A stretch of DNA of 64,000 nt from Candidatus Methanospirareceae archaeon (GCA_049975405.1 JBNGDK010000001.1:38593-102592); one strand, 5' to 3'. Positions 14,315 through 24,235 are shown, counted from the first letter of the stretch. A program made the numbers and translations. The notes: generated by a model not told the origin, from the sequence alone.

Positions 14315-14872
14315 TTACAGCCCGAGCTGTTCCATCCACCACAATAGCGCGGTCAAAGCGGCAGCCACGGGAATCACGAGGATCCACGGGTTTACTTTGA
14401 AGAGCGTTGGCAAGGTGAGCTCGCCGAAGTCGCCTTTGCTCAGAATCGTCTGCTGTAATTTTGGATAGAGCGCGGCAAACACACCCGCGCCGATCAGCAT
14501 CCCGACGACGCCGCCAAAGAGCGCGTCGAGCGAGCCCTGGCCGACCGCACCCGCGACCGTCCCCGGGCAGTAGCCGAGAATGCCGAAGCCGATGCCGAAG
14601 AGCAGACCTCCGATGACTGAGGCACCAAATGATCCCGGCTTGGGATGGAGCTGGGCCAGGCCCAGGCTGCGGAGCAGGTGCACACCCAGCATCCCGGTGA
14701 TCGAGGCTGCGAGCATGATCTTAACCACGGTGAAATCGGTGAGCAGCAACTGCCCAATGATCACATTGTAGTCCGTCACGCCACCTTTCTGGAGCAGGAA
14801 GCCGAATATGATCCCGATGAGTAGTCCAAGCACCAGTTGCAGGTTCTTCTTCTCGTGCAATCCTGTTAACAT
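14315..14872 (-). CDS. YeeE/YedE-family sulfur-compound transporter, half-protein (second of a split pair)
   Basis: 185 aa. It has a Gly-rich re-entrant motif with a conserved Cys (GFGILGYCPGT) typical of YeeE/YedE (TsuA-like). Confidence 0.7.
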   Translation of the reverse strand: MLTGLHEKKNLQLVLGLLIGIIFGFLLQKGGVTDYNVIIGQLLLTDFTVVKIMLAASITGMLGVHLLRSLGLAQLHPKPGSFGASVIGGLLFGIGFGILGYCPGTVAGAVGQGSLDALFGGVVGMLIGAGVFAALYPKLQQTILSKGDFGELTLPTLFKVNPWILVIPVAAALTALLWWMEQLGL

Positions 14873-14884
14873 GCGTTCGCCCTC

Positions 14885-15403
14885 CTACCCGATGACATGA
14901 AAGATGAGCATCGCCGCGGCGATACCGCCGATGAAGAAGCAGATCGCAGCGAGCCAGCTACTGACCGCTAACTGGAGTGTACCACTGATCCCGTGGCCGC
15001 TGGTGCAGCCACCCGCCCAGCGCGCGCCGAAGCCCATGAAGAAACCACCAATGATCGCCACGAGCCACCGGAGTGCCGGACTGGTACCAAAGGTCGCGGC
15101 CCACGTGCTCGGCACCCAGATCAGCTGAAAGGAGCCCGAGAGCTGCGCGGAGATGAATGCGCCGATCACAACACCCACAACGAGCATCCACTCCCAATCA
15201 ACAACGGGCGCGAACTTCTGGTAATACGGCTTCTCCAGCACCGTCTTGCCGCGGACGAGCCGCTCAAGCATCCCGCTCGTACGCGCATATGCGGTTGAGC
15301 AGCCGATCGGCTTGTCGGAGAGCACGAAGGCGAACCAGCTCAGGACTCCGATGCCGATACCCACCATATAGGGTGACCAGCGTGCCATCGTGAGCCAATC
15401 CAT
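14885..15403 (-). CDS. YeeE/YedE-family sulfur-compound transporter, half-protein (first of a split pair)
   Basis: 172 aa membrane protein with the YeeE/YedE-type motif (GFGARWAGGCTSGHG). It lies 13 nt upstream of its partner. Confidence 0.7.
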   Translation of the reverse strand: MDWLTMARWSPYMVGIGIGVLSWFAFVLSDKPIGCSTAYARTSGMLERLVRGKTVLEKPYYQKFAPVVDWEWMLVVGVVIGAFISAQLSGSFQLIWVPSTWAATFGTSPALRWLVAIIGGFFMGFGARWAGGCTSGHGISGTLQLAVSSWLAAICFFIGGIAAAMLIFHVIG

Positions 15404-15406
15404 CCC

Positions 15407-16849
15407 TCATCCCCCCCTCTTCTCTTGTGGTTCGGGCGTGAAGAATCGCGGCCCGTGTGGCACGGAGCAGACCGGGCATTCGAGGCCGTAGCCTGCCGCG
15501 TTGTAGCCCGTCATGCCGCCTGCGACGTTGAAAACCTCCGTGAATCCTCGTTGCTTCAGAATGCTCACGCCCATACTCGAGCGATGGCCGGTATTGCAGA
15601 TGACGATCGTTGGCGCGGTCGGATCAAGTTCCGTGTACCGCGTTCGGAGATCCGCGAAGGGGATGTTGAGCGCACCGTTAATATGATACGCCGCGTACTC
15701 GCTCGGCGAGCGCACGTCAATGAGTACCATCTTCTGATCGCCGGTGATCGCTTGACGGAACGCTCCTATCGATAGCTGCCGGACGTAACTCGTCGGTAAG
15801 CCAGCCTTCGCCCATTCGAACATCCCGCCGTCAAGATAGCCGATGACCTTATCGAGCCCAACGCGTCTCAGCCAGACCTGAGCCGCTTCGGCCTGCTCGC
15901 TGCTGTCCGTCACCAGAAGAATATCAGCGTCCGGCGGTAGCACCCAGCCCGCGAAGGTGGCGAAATTGCCCGCGAAGTCGATGTGAAACGCTCCGGGCAC
16001 ATGCTGGCACCCGAAGGAGTCGTAACCACGTACACCGACAACGATCGTATCATCCCGTTTCGACCGCTCGTAGAAGGACTTCGGGTCTAAAGCAGCCAGT
16101 GCCGGCAGGGTCCGCACCAGTGTAGGTCCGCGGCGGTTGATCTCGCTGCAGCGACTGAAATGATCGGGGGCCGGAGGCATGTCTGTGGTCAGCGAGCCGA
16201 TGAACTCCTCACGATCCGCGATCTGCAGTTCTGGATTATACTTCCGTTCATACCCGATGGTGCTCGTCCGCTTCGCGCCGAGCATACGACCGCAGAGCGA
16301 GCCAGCGCCGTGCGCAGGATAGACCTCACAGAAGTCCGGCAGGTGGAGCAGTTTCTCGTGCAGGCTCTCATACAACTTCGACGCCAGCTCGCGCGCCCTG
16401 CCCGGGAAGAGATCCGGTCGGCCAACATCGCCGACGAAGAGCGTATCGCCACAGAAGACACTCACCGGCTCCTCCCCCCGCGTGCTGTCCGAGACCACGT
16501 AGCTGATATGCTCGGGTGTGTGTCCCGGCGTTTCCAGAACTCGAAGCCGCATATTTTCGATCCCAAAGTGGTCACCTTCGGCGACACCAACATGGTTGAA
16601 GGCGCAATGTGCGGATTTCGGCGCGTAAATCTGCGCGTTCGTTCGGTCTGCCAGCTCGAGATGTCCGGAGACGAAGTCGGCATGGAGATGTGTCTCCAAA
16701 ACATGGGTGATATCCATGCCCATAGCTTTGGCCGCTTCAAGATAGAGTTCCACATCACGCCGAGGATCGATGATCGCGCAGGTCTCGGTTCCGCCAAGCA
16801 AATAGGAACTGTGCGCCAGCCCCTTAACAAAAAACTGCTGAATAATCAT
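15407..16849 (-). CDS. Metallo-beta-lactamase-fold (ETHE1/GloB-like) domain fused to two rhodanese domains (CstB-like persulfide dioxygenase-sulfurtransferase architecture)
   Basis: N-terminal HxHxDH (HLHADFVSGH). Two C-terminal rhodanese modules follow, the last carrying the active-site loop CNTGHRS. Confidence 0.75.
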   Translation of the reverse strand: MIIQQFFVKGLAHSSYLLGGTETCAIIDPRRDVELYLEAAKAMGMDITHVLETHLHADFVSGHLELADRTNAQIYAPKSAHCAFNHVGVAEGDHFGIENMRLRVLETPGHTPEHISYVVSDSTRGEEPVSVFCGDTLFVGDVGRPDLFPGRARELASKLYESLHEKLLHLPDFCEVYPAHGAGSLCGRMLGAKRTSTIGYERKYNPELQIADREEFIGSLTTDMPPAPDHFSRCSEINRRGPTLVRTLPALAALDPKSFYERSKRDDTIVVGVRGYDSFGCQHVPGAFHIDFAGNFATFAGWVLPPDADILLVTDSSEQAEAAQVWLRRVGLDKVIGYLDGGMFEWAKAGLPTSYVRQLSIGAFRQAITGDQKMVLIDVRSPSEYAAYHINGALNIPFADLRTRYTELDPTAPTIVICNTGHRSSMGVSILKQRGFTEVFNVAGGMTGYNAAGYGLECPVCSVPHGPRFFTPEPQEKRGG

Positions 16850-16959
16850 GTTTATCTCTCTATCCCTCCAGTAGGGTTGCTAATGCGCCCCGTGCGATAA
16901 ATAAGTTATGCAGCGCACGAGCAGACTAGGGATGCTGAGGAACGAACGGTGGTGAATGG

Positions 16960-17313
16960 TTAAGCGTCCTCAGTGGTACGCTCCACGCACGGGTAGGACG
17001 CAGCCAGCTCATGGTCGAGGAAATAGCTGAGCACCGTTCTGATGAGCACGATCCCGCCCAGGAGCGCCATCTCTTTCAGTGTCGGATCGGTGATGGTCCG
17101 AATAATATCCGCGGCAATGAGGAACTCCAGGCCCAGCAGGAGATACGACCCGAGTTGATGACGGAGTGCTTCGCGCTCCCTACAGATCGCTCTGCCCCGC
17201 AACCGGGTAAATTCGAGCTGCAGCACTCTGCTGAAGATGAGCAGGACGCCCCAGACGATGACCCCCATGCCAATGAGTCCGATACCCGTGTAGAGATAAT
17301 AGAAGATGTCCAT
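16960..17313 (-). CDS. Small membrane protein (DUF1622-like)
   Basis: 117 aa with 3 TM segments. The family call is tentative. Confidence 0.35.
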   Translation of the reverse strand: MDIFYYLYTGIGLIGMGVIVWGVLLIFSRVLQLEFTRLRGRAICREREALRHQLGSYLLLGLEFLIAADIIRTITDPTLKEMALLGGIVLIRTVLSYFLDHELAASYPCVERTTEDA

Positions 17314-17364
17314 GGCCGTCGCCCGCGGCTGCTCGCTTCACCGCGTACTCTCGTAACTCGGTTG

Positions 17365-19164
17365 TTAGACGTACAATAAATAAATGAGCCCGACCGCGAC
17401 AACGATGAAGATGATCGTCAGCATCCCGCCGGCCTTCAGGTAGTCCGCGTTGTGATAGCCGCCGGGAGCCATTAGTAACGCATTCACCTGATGCGTGGGC
17501 AGGACGAAGGAGTTGGCGGCACAGACAGCAACGAGCAGCGCGAGCGCGCGTGGACTGATCTGAGCCATCTCGCCAATGATAAGGACGAGCGGTACCAGAA
17601 CGACAGTGGCCGCAGCGTTGGACATGAAGAGGCTGAAAAGCGTCGCGAGCGCGGCGACGGCGACCAGAATGACGAGAGGATGGCCGCCCTGTAACGGCGA
17701 GATCATACGGGTGGCTAGGAAACTTGCCGCGCCCGTCTTCTCCATCGCGATCCCTAGCGGAATCAAGCCGGCGAGCAGGAAGACGGTGCGCCAGTCAACG
17801 GCCTTATACGCTTCGTCGATCGGCACGATGCGCAGGATGATCATCGCCAGCGCACCGGAGAGGAGCCCGAGCGCGAGCGGCACACCCAATAAAATCAGTG
17901 TAATGGCGCCCAAAAAGCACAGGCTCGCCGCGAGCGGTCGCGATGTTCCCGCTGACTCGGTCTCGATCGGCGTGACGAGCACGAAGTTACGGTTATCAGC
18001 CATCGCCTTGATATTCTCCCAGCGGCCATGGACGATCATCGCGTCACCCGGCTCTAAGATCCGATCCGAGAAATCTTCTCGCTCCTCGCGGGCGCCGCTC
18101 AGCAGCATTATAGGCTCCACGCCGTACGTCTTCCGGATCGCCAGTTGCCGCATCGTCTTTCCCGCTACGGGCGCGCGAGGCGGTATGATGAGTTCGGCGA
18201 ATCCCGCAACTTCGCCGCTGCGTAAAGCCTCAAAGTCCGTGCTCGCTGTCGTGACCTTCAACCGGAAATCAGCGATGAAGCGCTCGAGATCGCGCGGGGC
18301 ACCGAGTACCGCGAGCTCCTGACCCACGGCGAAGCGGGTGTAGCGCCAGGGCGCGTAGAGCAGCTCGTCGCCCTCTGCGAGCGCTAAGAGGTTGAGGGTA
18401 TAACGCGCCCAGATCTGAGCTTCCTCGCGCGTCTTCCCGATGAGCGGGCTCTCAGGCGGAATGACGACGTGAAAAATGGTCGAGGGTAGATCCCAGGTCT
18501 CGATCAATTCCTGCTGTGGGCTGATAAACTCTCCTCCTTTGCCCGCGGGAAATACCCGTCTACCAACCGTCAGGAAATAGATGATGCCCATAGTTAAGAG
18601 CGCGATACCGATGGGTGTGACACCAAAGAGGCCAAAGGGCTCCTGACCCCCTTGCCGTAAGAGATCGTTGAGGAGGATCAGCGGGGCGGAGCCGACCAGG
18701 GTGAGCGTGCCGCCCAATATGCCAGCGAAGCCCATAGGCATCAAGAGCCGTGAGACGGGTATGCGCATCTTCTTGGCGATTCGCATCACCGCCGGCAGGA
18801 AAAGGGCGACCGCGCCGATATTCTGCATGAACGAGGAGATCAGTCCAACCGCCACGGCCACGAGCCCAATCAGCCGTCTCTCGCTCGTGCCTGCCACGCT
18901 GATTATCGCGCGACTAAACCTGTTCATCACGCCCGAACGGCCCACACCATAGCTCAGGATCATCACCGCGATGATCGCCACCACGGCGTTACTTGCAAGG
19001 CCCGAGAACGTTTCCGATGGTGTAAGCAGCCCCAGCCAGGGCAGCGTGACCATGATCAAGATGGCGATGACATCGACGCGGAAGGCCTCAGTCACGAAGA
19101 GGATAATGGTGGCCACGAGCACCGCCAGCACGAGTATGATTTCAGGTGTCATAAACCTCTTCAC
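17365..19164 (-). CDS. DASS/SLC13 (ArsB/NhaD superfamily) anion transporter with two central TrkA-C (RCK_C) domains
   Basis: 599 aa. Hydrophobic N- and C-terminal halves flank a roughly 180-aa soluble insert with a duplicated RCK_C-like pattern. Confidence 0.7.
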   Translation of the reverse strand: MKRFMTPEIILVLAVLVATIILFVTEAFRVDVIAILIMVTLPWLGLLTPSETFSGLASNAVVAIIAVMILSYGVGRSGVMNRFSRAIISVAGTSERRLIGLVAVAVGLISSFMQNIGAVALFLPAVMRIAKKMRIPVSRLLMPMGFAGILGGTLTLVGSAPLILLNDLLRQGGQEPFGLFGVTPIGIALLTMGIIYFLTVGRRVFPAGKGGEFISPQQELIETWDLPSTIFHVVIPPESPLIGKTREEAQIWARYTLNLLALAEGDELLYAPWRYTRFAVGQELAVLGAPRDLERFIADFRLKVTTASTDFEALRSGEVAGFAELIIPPRAPVAGKTMRQLAIRKTYGVEPIMLLSGAREEREDFSDRILEPGDAMIVHGRWENIKAMADNRNFVLVTPIETESAGTSRPLAASLCFLGAITLILLGVPLALGLLSGALAMIILRIVPIDEAYKAVDWRTVFLLAGLIPLGIAMEKTGAASFLATRMISPLQGGHPLVILVAVAALATLFSLFMSNAAATVVLVPLVLIIGEMAQISPRALALLVAVCAANSFVLPTHQVNALLMAPGGYHNADYLKAGGMLTIIFIVVAVGLIYLLYV

Positions 19165-19382
19165 AACCTCTTAGCACGGCTTATGGTTCGTTTGTTCGCT
19201 CGCTTTTCCTTCTATCAGTCCGACGATCATGGGCTCCAGTTGAAAGTGTCTCGCATTTTAGCTTGAGAAGAGCTAAAGCTCCGTGTTTATGGTCCTGAGC
19301 CGTTATTCGTGCCATTCGATTGGTGTCGCGGCATAAATAACTTGCGAGAGTTAGTTTCTGCGGTCTGATATTCCCTGATTCT

Positions 19383-20492
19383 TTAAGCAAATCGCTGCTG
19401 CTTCGCATCGAGCACGCTCAGCGTCGAGACGCGAACGCCGAGCAGCCGTATCTGCTTCTCGCCCGCGTTCTCGCCGATAAATTCCGTGAGCAGCTCCTTC
19501 GCGGTCTTCGCGATCGTAGCGCGATCAGTATGGAGTGCTCTGAACGTCTTTGCGCGCGTATACACGGAGAAATCGTCGAATTTGACCTTAATTGCGACCG
19601 TCTTGAAGCCAAACCCATCGCGTATCAAATGTTCGTGAACGCGTTCCGCTAACGCAGCAATGCAGCGATTGAGCAGCTCGGGGTCGCTCGTATGCTCATC
19701 AAGCGTCGTCTCCCGGCTCAGCGATTTGCGCTCCCACTTCTCTTCCACTTCTTGCTCGTCAATGCCGTGGGCTACCTGATGCAGCCGCCAGCCATATCTG
19801 CCGAATCGCGCCACGAGTTCTTGCACGTCTCGCATCGCCAGCTCGTGAATCGTCGCGATCCCCATTTGTAGCAGCGTCGCGGCCGTTTTTGGGCCCACAC
19901 CCGGAATCTTCTTCACCGGCAGGGGCGCTAAGAACGTAGCTGCATCTCCCGATTCCACCACGGTGAGCCCGTCAGGCTTCTCGAAATCCGAGGCGATCTT
20001 TGCGACGATCTTGTTGGGCGCGATGCCGATGGAGCAGCGAAGTCCTGCCTTATCCGCAATCTCCCGCTTGATCCGCTGTGCATACGCGCGCGCCTCCCGC
20101 CAGTCGTTGACGCGGGTGCTGATATCGAGATAGGCCTCGTCAATGCTTACCTGCTCGAAGCTATCGGCGAAGGCCCGCAGAATACGCATGACCTGCTTTG
20201 ACGCCGCGTTATACAGCGCCATATTCACCGGGAGGAAGATCGCGTCGGGACAGAGCTGGTACGCCTGTGACAGCGGCATCGCCGAGTGGAGACCGAATTC
20301 GCGTGCCTCGTACGAGCAGGTGCTCACGACGCCGCGTATTCTCCGCTTCTCCCCCGCTACTCCTGTCTCGAGCTCGGCCTTCGGCGGGATTCGGCCACCC
20401 ACGACGACCGGTTTATCCTTCAGCTCCGGCTTCTCACGCACCTCAACGGCTGAGAAGAAGCTGTCCATGTCCACGTGCAGTATGACCCTCAT
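19383..20492 (-). CDS. dinB: Y-family DNA polymerase IV (DinB/Dbh)
   Basis: N-terminus MRVILHVDMDSFFSAVE with the catalytic DMD motif. 369 aa. Confidence 0.9.
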   Translation of the reverse strand: MRVILHVDMDSFFSAVEVREKPELKDKPVVVGGRIPPKAELETGVAGEKRRIRGVVSTCSYEAREFGLHSAMPLSQAYQLCPDAIFLPVNMALYNAASKQVMRILRAFADSFEQVSIDEAYLDISTRVNDWREARAYAQRIKREIADKAGLRCSIGIAPNKIVAKIASDFEKPDGLTVVESGDAATFLAPLPVKKIPGVGPKTAATLLQMGIATIHELAMRDVQELVARFGRYGWRLHQVAHGIDEQEVEEKWERKSLSRETTLDEHTSDPELLNRCIAALAERVHEHLIRDGFGFKTVAIKVKFDDFSVYTRAKTFRALHTDRATIAKTAKELLTEFIGENAGEKQIRLLGVRVSTLSVLDAKQQRFA

Positions 20493-20504
20493 TTCATATG
20501 CGCG

Positions 20505-22379
20505 CTACAGCCGCTTATACCATTTTACGAGCCCAAATATGAGCACGGTGATGATGAGCGTAACGGCAATGCCGACCCCTTTCGTCTTCACTGAGCTTAA
20601 CGGAGAGTCCCCGGTGGGCGCCGCTCTAGCACGTGAACCTGCGACCGAGCCGTATTTCACCGAGGCGTTCCAGTCGTGAAGGAAGACCGCCTCGTAAAAA
20701 GCTGCTACCGCTTCGCTATCCACAATGACGCCCACTTCACGGTTCTGCACCGAATTGCCGTTCCAATTGAGCGAGGTGATAACGGCGGTCTGACCATCGA
20801 CGATCAACGCCTTCGTATGTACCTTGACCACGCCGAGTTCATCTAAATTCGCTAAGGTCGCCGCTAGATTCAGATCTTCGTCATGCGCTACCTGTTCCAG
20901 CCATGCGACGACTTCGTCGTTATCATTTACCGTTTCGAGGTTGTAATCGTTGGCATCCAGCAGCACTTTCACCTCGCAGCCGCGCCGGGCGGCCGCGATC
21001 AATGCGGTAATGAAGATGTTCTCATCTTTACCCCAGAAACGCGGGGCTGAAAACTGCTGCACGTAAATGCGCTCCTCCGCGTTCCGGATGGTGCCCAGGA
21101 TCGTCTCATTATCGAGTGCGGAATCCGGGGCGACGACCGGGATCACGATGAACTCACCCGCTACGGTTACTGGCTCGAATGCGGCAGCGAAGTTGCCCTG
21201 CGGTATCCATGCCACCGTGCTGCTCGTCCCGGCGTCGAGTATGTCTGCGGTCACTGCAGAACCACGGTAGAAGTCCTCAAAGAAGAGCGCTGTGAAGTAG
21301 CTCGCGACATCTTTCGCTCGTATAACGATCCCCCAGCCGCGATTGCCGTACGAGTTGTCCACGGGCACGCCGGTCAGTTTCCAGTTCTCGGTCATCACGA
21401 TGAGCGTTCGATTATCGACCACGGCATACTTAGCATGATTGATGTACGGGTCCTCAGCGAGTCGTACCTCCAAACCGCGTTCCAGGGCCTGATTCATACT
21501 GTACCGCTCGTCAGCCGTGACGCCACCGACCGGATTGCTTTCGAGCAGGAGCTTTACTGCCACACCGCGATCTACCGCCGCCCCGAGTGCGTCCATGAGG
21601 TGTCGATGCTCGAACTGATAGAGGTTGAGGTAGATCGAGGAGGTTGCCGCGTCGAGTTCGCGCTGCAAAGCGGAAAAACTGCAATCGGGCGAGACGAACG
21701 CGGTCACTTCGCCGGAGCAGGAGAAAACCGTGGGCTCGTGATAGGACGCACCCAGTGGCAGCGCGAGCCAGTCGTTACTCCGGTCTGAGTCCCGGGCTCC
21801 TTTTCGTGTCAAGATCATACCTTCACGCGGCTTTTCTAACGGAGCGCCGTGCCATCCCTCACCCGTGTAACTGCACTCGCCGTAGATGACCGCGTCCACT
21901 TCCTCTCCCGCATCGTTCACAAGGATCACTTCGTCGCCCGTATTGCGCAGGGCGAAAGTCATACCACTGGTTTGTAATTGCGGTATCGCAGGGTCTGAAT
22001 CGGGACCGTATTCGAAATCCGGCTTTTCGCTCACTTTTACAACCGCGCCGCGGTGCGCCATGAACGCCGATGCGTTGCGCGTAACGTACAGGGTTTGATA
22101 TGGCGCAAGCTCGAAGGCAGGGTAGATAAGCGTGCCTTCGGTATCCGTGAGGCTCCAGCCATCGAGATTTACCATATTCGCGCCGAAATTGGTTACGGCA
22201 ACGTACTCGTCCAGCTCGTTACGCATCGCGGTATCTGGATAGAGCTCGGTGATGAGCACCCGCGCCTCGTTTTCGCGGTATTGGGCTGCGATGATCGGCG
22301 TGAGGATCAGGAGAACGAAGAGCACGAGTATGACTGCACCTGCGAAGCGTTCTATGCTCAAAACTCCTTTCTCACTCAT
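20505..22379 (-). CDS. Membrane-anchored lamin-tail-domain protein with two phospholipase-D (HKD) domains
   Basis: N-terminal TM helix. Lamin-tail-like segment (ITELYPDT...YVAVTNFGANMVNLDGWSL). Two HxK(x4)D motifs (HAKYAVVDN, HTKALIVDG). Confidence 0.7.
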   Translation of the reverse strand: MSEKGVLSIERFAGAVILVLFVLLILTPIIAAQYRENEARVLITELYPDTAMRNELDEYVAVTNFGANMVNLDGWSLTDTEGTLIYPAFELAPYQTLYVTRNASAFMAHRGAVVKVSEKPDFEYGPDSDPAIPQLQTSGMTFALRNTGDEVILVNDAGEEVDAVIYGECSYTGEGWHGAPLEKPREGMILTRKGARDSDRSNDWLALPLGASYHEPTVFSCSGEVTAFVSPDCSFSALQRELDAATSSIYLNLYQFEHRHLMDALGAAVDRGVAVKLLLESNPVGGVTADERYSMNQALERGLEVRLAEDPYINHAKYAVVDNRTLIVMTENWKLTGVPVDNSYGNRGWGIVIRAKDVASYFTALFFEDFYRGSAVTADILDAGTSSTVAWIPQGNFAAAFEPVTVAGEFIVIPVVAPDSALDNETILGTIRNAEERIYVQQFSAPRFWGKDENIFITALIAAARRGCEVKVLLDANDYNLETVNDNDEVVAWLEQVAHDEDLNLAATLANLDELGVVKVHTKALIVDGQTAVITSLNWNGNSVQNREVGVIVDSEAVAAFYEAVFLHDWNASVKYGSVAGSRARAAPTGDSPLSSVKTKGVGIAVTLIITVLIFGLVKWYKRL

Positions 22380-23284
22380 GTTCCCTGCAAAAGCCGCTCA
22401 AAGAGGTCCGCAACGATCTCCTCGGTGACATCGATACCACAGGCCTGGTTAATGCCTCTGCCCGACGGCGTCCCGTTGACTTCGAGCAGCAACAAACCAT
22501 CTTCGCCTTCGATCAGGTCAACGCCGGCGAAGTCCGCGCCGACCGCTTTAGTCGCACGTACCGCGAGGTCGCGTAGCTCTCCTGTGAGTTCACACCTTAC
22601 AGGTCTCCCGCCCTGACTCAAGTTACTGACGACCGAGCCGTCGAGCGAGACACGATACATGGCGCCGAGTGCCTCCTCGCCAACGACAAAGACGCGAATA
22701 TCACGGCCCGGGTTCGGCACGAACTCTTGAATGTAGAGCACACCGCGCTCTTTAAGCAATCCGGCGAGGGTTGATTCCACATTCGGCTCTTCTTCTGATA
22801 GCATGACAATGCCTTTGCCCTGGCTGCCGAAGATGGGCTTCACTATCGCGCGCCCCCATGCAGCGATGGCATTGAGCGCGACATCCAGCTCAGCCGTTAC
22901 CAGTGTGCGAGAGATGGGGAGCTGCGCACGCTGAAACAGAACAAAGGAGTAGAATTTGTTCGCCGCGTTCTGGATCGCGGCAGAGGTGTTCATCACCGGC
23001 ATGATTGCTTCTAACTGCCGGATAAGATCGAACTTGAAGGAGATCTGTTCGAGCGCGAAGCTGATGCCCACGTCCCTTACAATGAGTGCATCGAGGTCTA
23101 CGGTTTGCGAGCGCGCATCGGAGATCGAGCAGGTGGCCGGTGAGAGCGAAGCACTGAGTTGAGCGAGATTCAGAGGCACCGCTTGTGCACCAGTCCTCTC
23201 AATATGCTTGACAAAGGCCGCGGCAGTCCAGTCCTCAGGGTCGGTAAGGGCGACACCAATTTGGAGCTCTTTTTCAGGTACCAT
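22376..23284 (-). CDS. RimK-family ATP-grasp alpha-L-glutamate ligase (MptN/CofF-like)
   Basis: 302 aa with ATP-grasp motifs (IVKPIFGSQGKGI, LLLEVNGTP). The start overlaps the upstream gene by 4 nt. Confidence 0.7.
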   Translation of the reverse strand: MVPEKELQIGVALTDPEDWTAAAFVKHIERTGAQAVPLNLAQLSASLSPATCSISDARSQTVDLDALIVRDVGISFALEQISFKFDLIRQLEAIMPVMNTSAAIQNAANKFYSFVLFQRAQLPISRTLVTAELDVALNAIAAWGRAIVKPIFGSQGKGIVMLSEEEPNVESTLAGLLKERGVLYIQEFVPNPGRDIRVFVVGEEALGAMYRVSLDGSVVSNLSQGGRPVRCELTGELRDLAVRATKAVGADFAGVDLIEGEDGLLLLEVNGTPSGRGINQACGIDVTEEIVADLFERLLQGT

Positions 23285-23319
23285 TGTATCTTGAACTGTG
23301 ATCGTTACGGCGCAGTTAC

Positions 23320-24078
23320 TTACGGATAGGCGGCAATCAAGGGCACCGTTCCCATCATCTTCCTCTTTGCCTTCCTGTTCTCGGCCAGGTGCGCCACATG
23401 ATCACCGCAGATGAGCAGCACGCCTTCGCGCGCGCTCACAGCCGCAGCTATTTTAGCCATACGCTCATTCATTAAATGCGCCGCGATATGTAAATCCTTG
23501 TTCCGGTGCGCGAACCGGTCGATGGCGCGGAGGTGCGCGAAGACGAACCGCACCTCCTCCTTCTGCACCACGGAAACCGTGTACGTGGTTATTAATGCGT
23601 CATACTCCTCTATATCTTCGCGATCGTCAACTGGACACACGTAGCCGATCCGGCCGACGAGCGGTCTTGTACCTGCGGTCTCGAGAATGGCCGCGGTTGG
23701 CTTGCCCACGTCGTTGAGCAGCTCCAGAAGCGAGTTCACCGGTGAAGTACCGACCTCTTTGCTCGTGAGTATTCCGTGTTCTTCCGGCAGAAGCCCGGTA
23801 AGGATCGAGGCAATCGCCGGCGTGGTCGTATCCGTCACCGTTTCACAATCGAACACTAACCCCGCGGAAGCGAGCGTGTGCAGCACGTCGAGATCATCGG
23901 CGAGCGTAGCATAAAGGGAAGAATCAAGGCTGTCGATCACCACCAGTGTCACGACTGAAGACTCGCGGGCCTGCAAGAACGCGAGCAGCTGCTCCACAGG
24001 GCGTTTTGAAGAGTCCAGAGGCACCCTAAAGAAAGCAGCAAGGGTCGGTGCGATATCTAAGAGCGAAATAAGTTGCAT
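23320..24078 (-). CDS. Alkaline-phosphatase-superfamily protein (type I phosphodiesterase / nucleotide pyrophosphatase-like)
   Basis: VVIDSLD and TTPAIASILTGLLPEEHGI resemble the NPP-family LxSxDG and TxPxxxSxxTGxxPxxHGI motifs. GDH lies near the C-terminus. Short (252 aa), so the call is tentative. Confidence 0.4.
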   Translation of the reverse strand: MQLISLLDIAPTLAAFFRVPLDSSKRPVEQLLAFLQARESSVVTLVVIDSLDSSLYATLADDLDVLHTLASAGLVFDCETVTDTTTPAIASILTGLLPEEHGILTSKEVGTSPVNSLLELLNDVGKPTAAILETAGTRPLVGRIGYVCPVDDREDIEEYDALITTYTVSVVQKEEVRFVFAHLRAIDRFAHRNKDLHIAAHLMNERMAKIAAAVSAREGVLLICGDHVAHLAENRKAKRKMMGTVPLIAAYP

Positions 24079-24151
24079 ATGAAAGACTCAGTTTTTTCGT
24101 TGATATAAGTTTGGACAATTCACGAAGCTGGCGTTGCCCCTTTTTCGGATC

Positions 24152-24235
24152 AGGAGGGTTGGAAAGTGGGAGGTTCGGCCTAGTGTTTTTATTTGGCCCC
24201 CGTTTTGTGGTTAGGAGGGTTGGTAAGGGGTGGGG
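24152..24235 (+). repeat. Two G-rich direct repeats in the intergenic region
   Basis: AGGAGGGTTGGAAAGTGGGAGG (24152-24173) and AGGAGGGTTGGTAAGGGGTGGGG (24213-24235). Confidence 0.6.

Noticed and set aside
15407-16849. Calling the MBL-rhodanese fusion a bona fide O2-dependent persulfide dioxygenase
   Set aside because: Only the domain order and HxHxDH motif are visible. The metal and substrate specificity cannot be decided from sequence by eye. Kept as CstB-like architecture only.
17491-19174. Plus-strand ORFs inside the DASS transporter gene (17576-18322, 18668-18952, 18971-19174)
   Set aside because: These are Ser/Arg-rich antisense frames. The minus-strand product has a coherent transporter topology.
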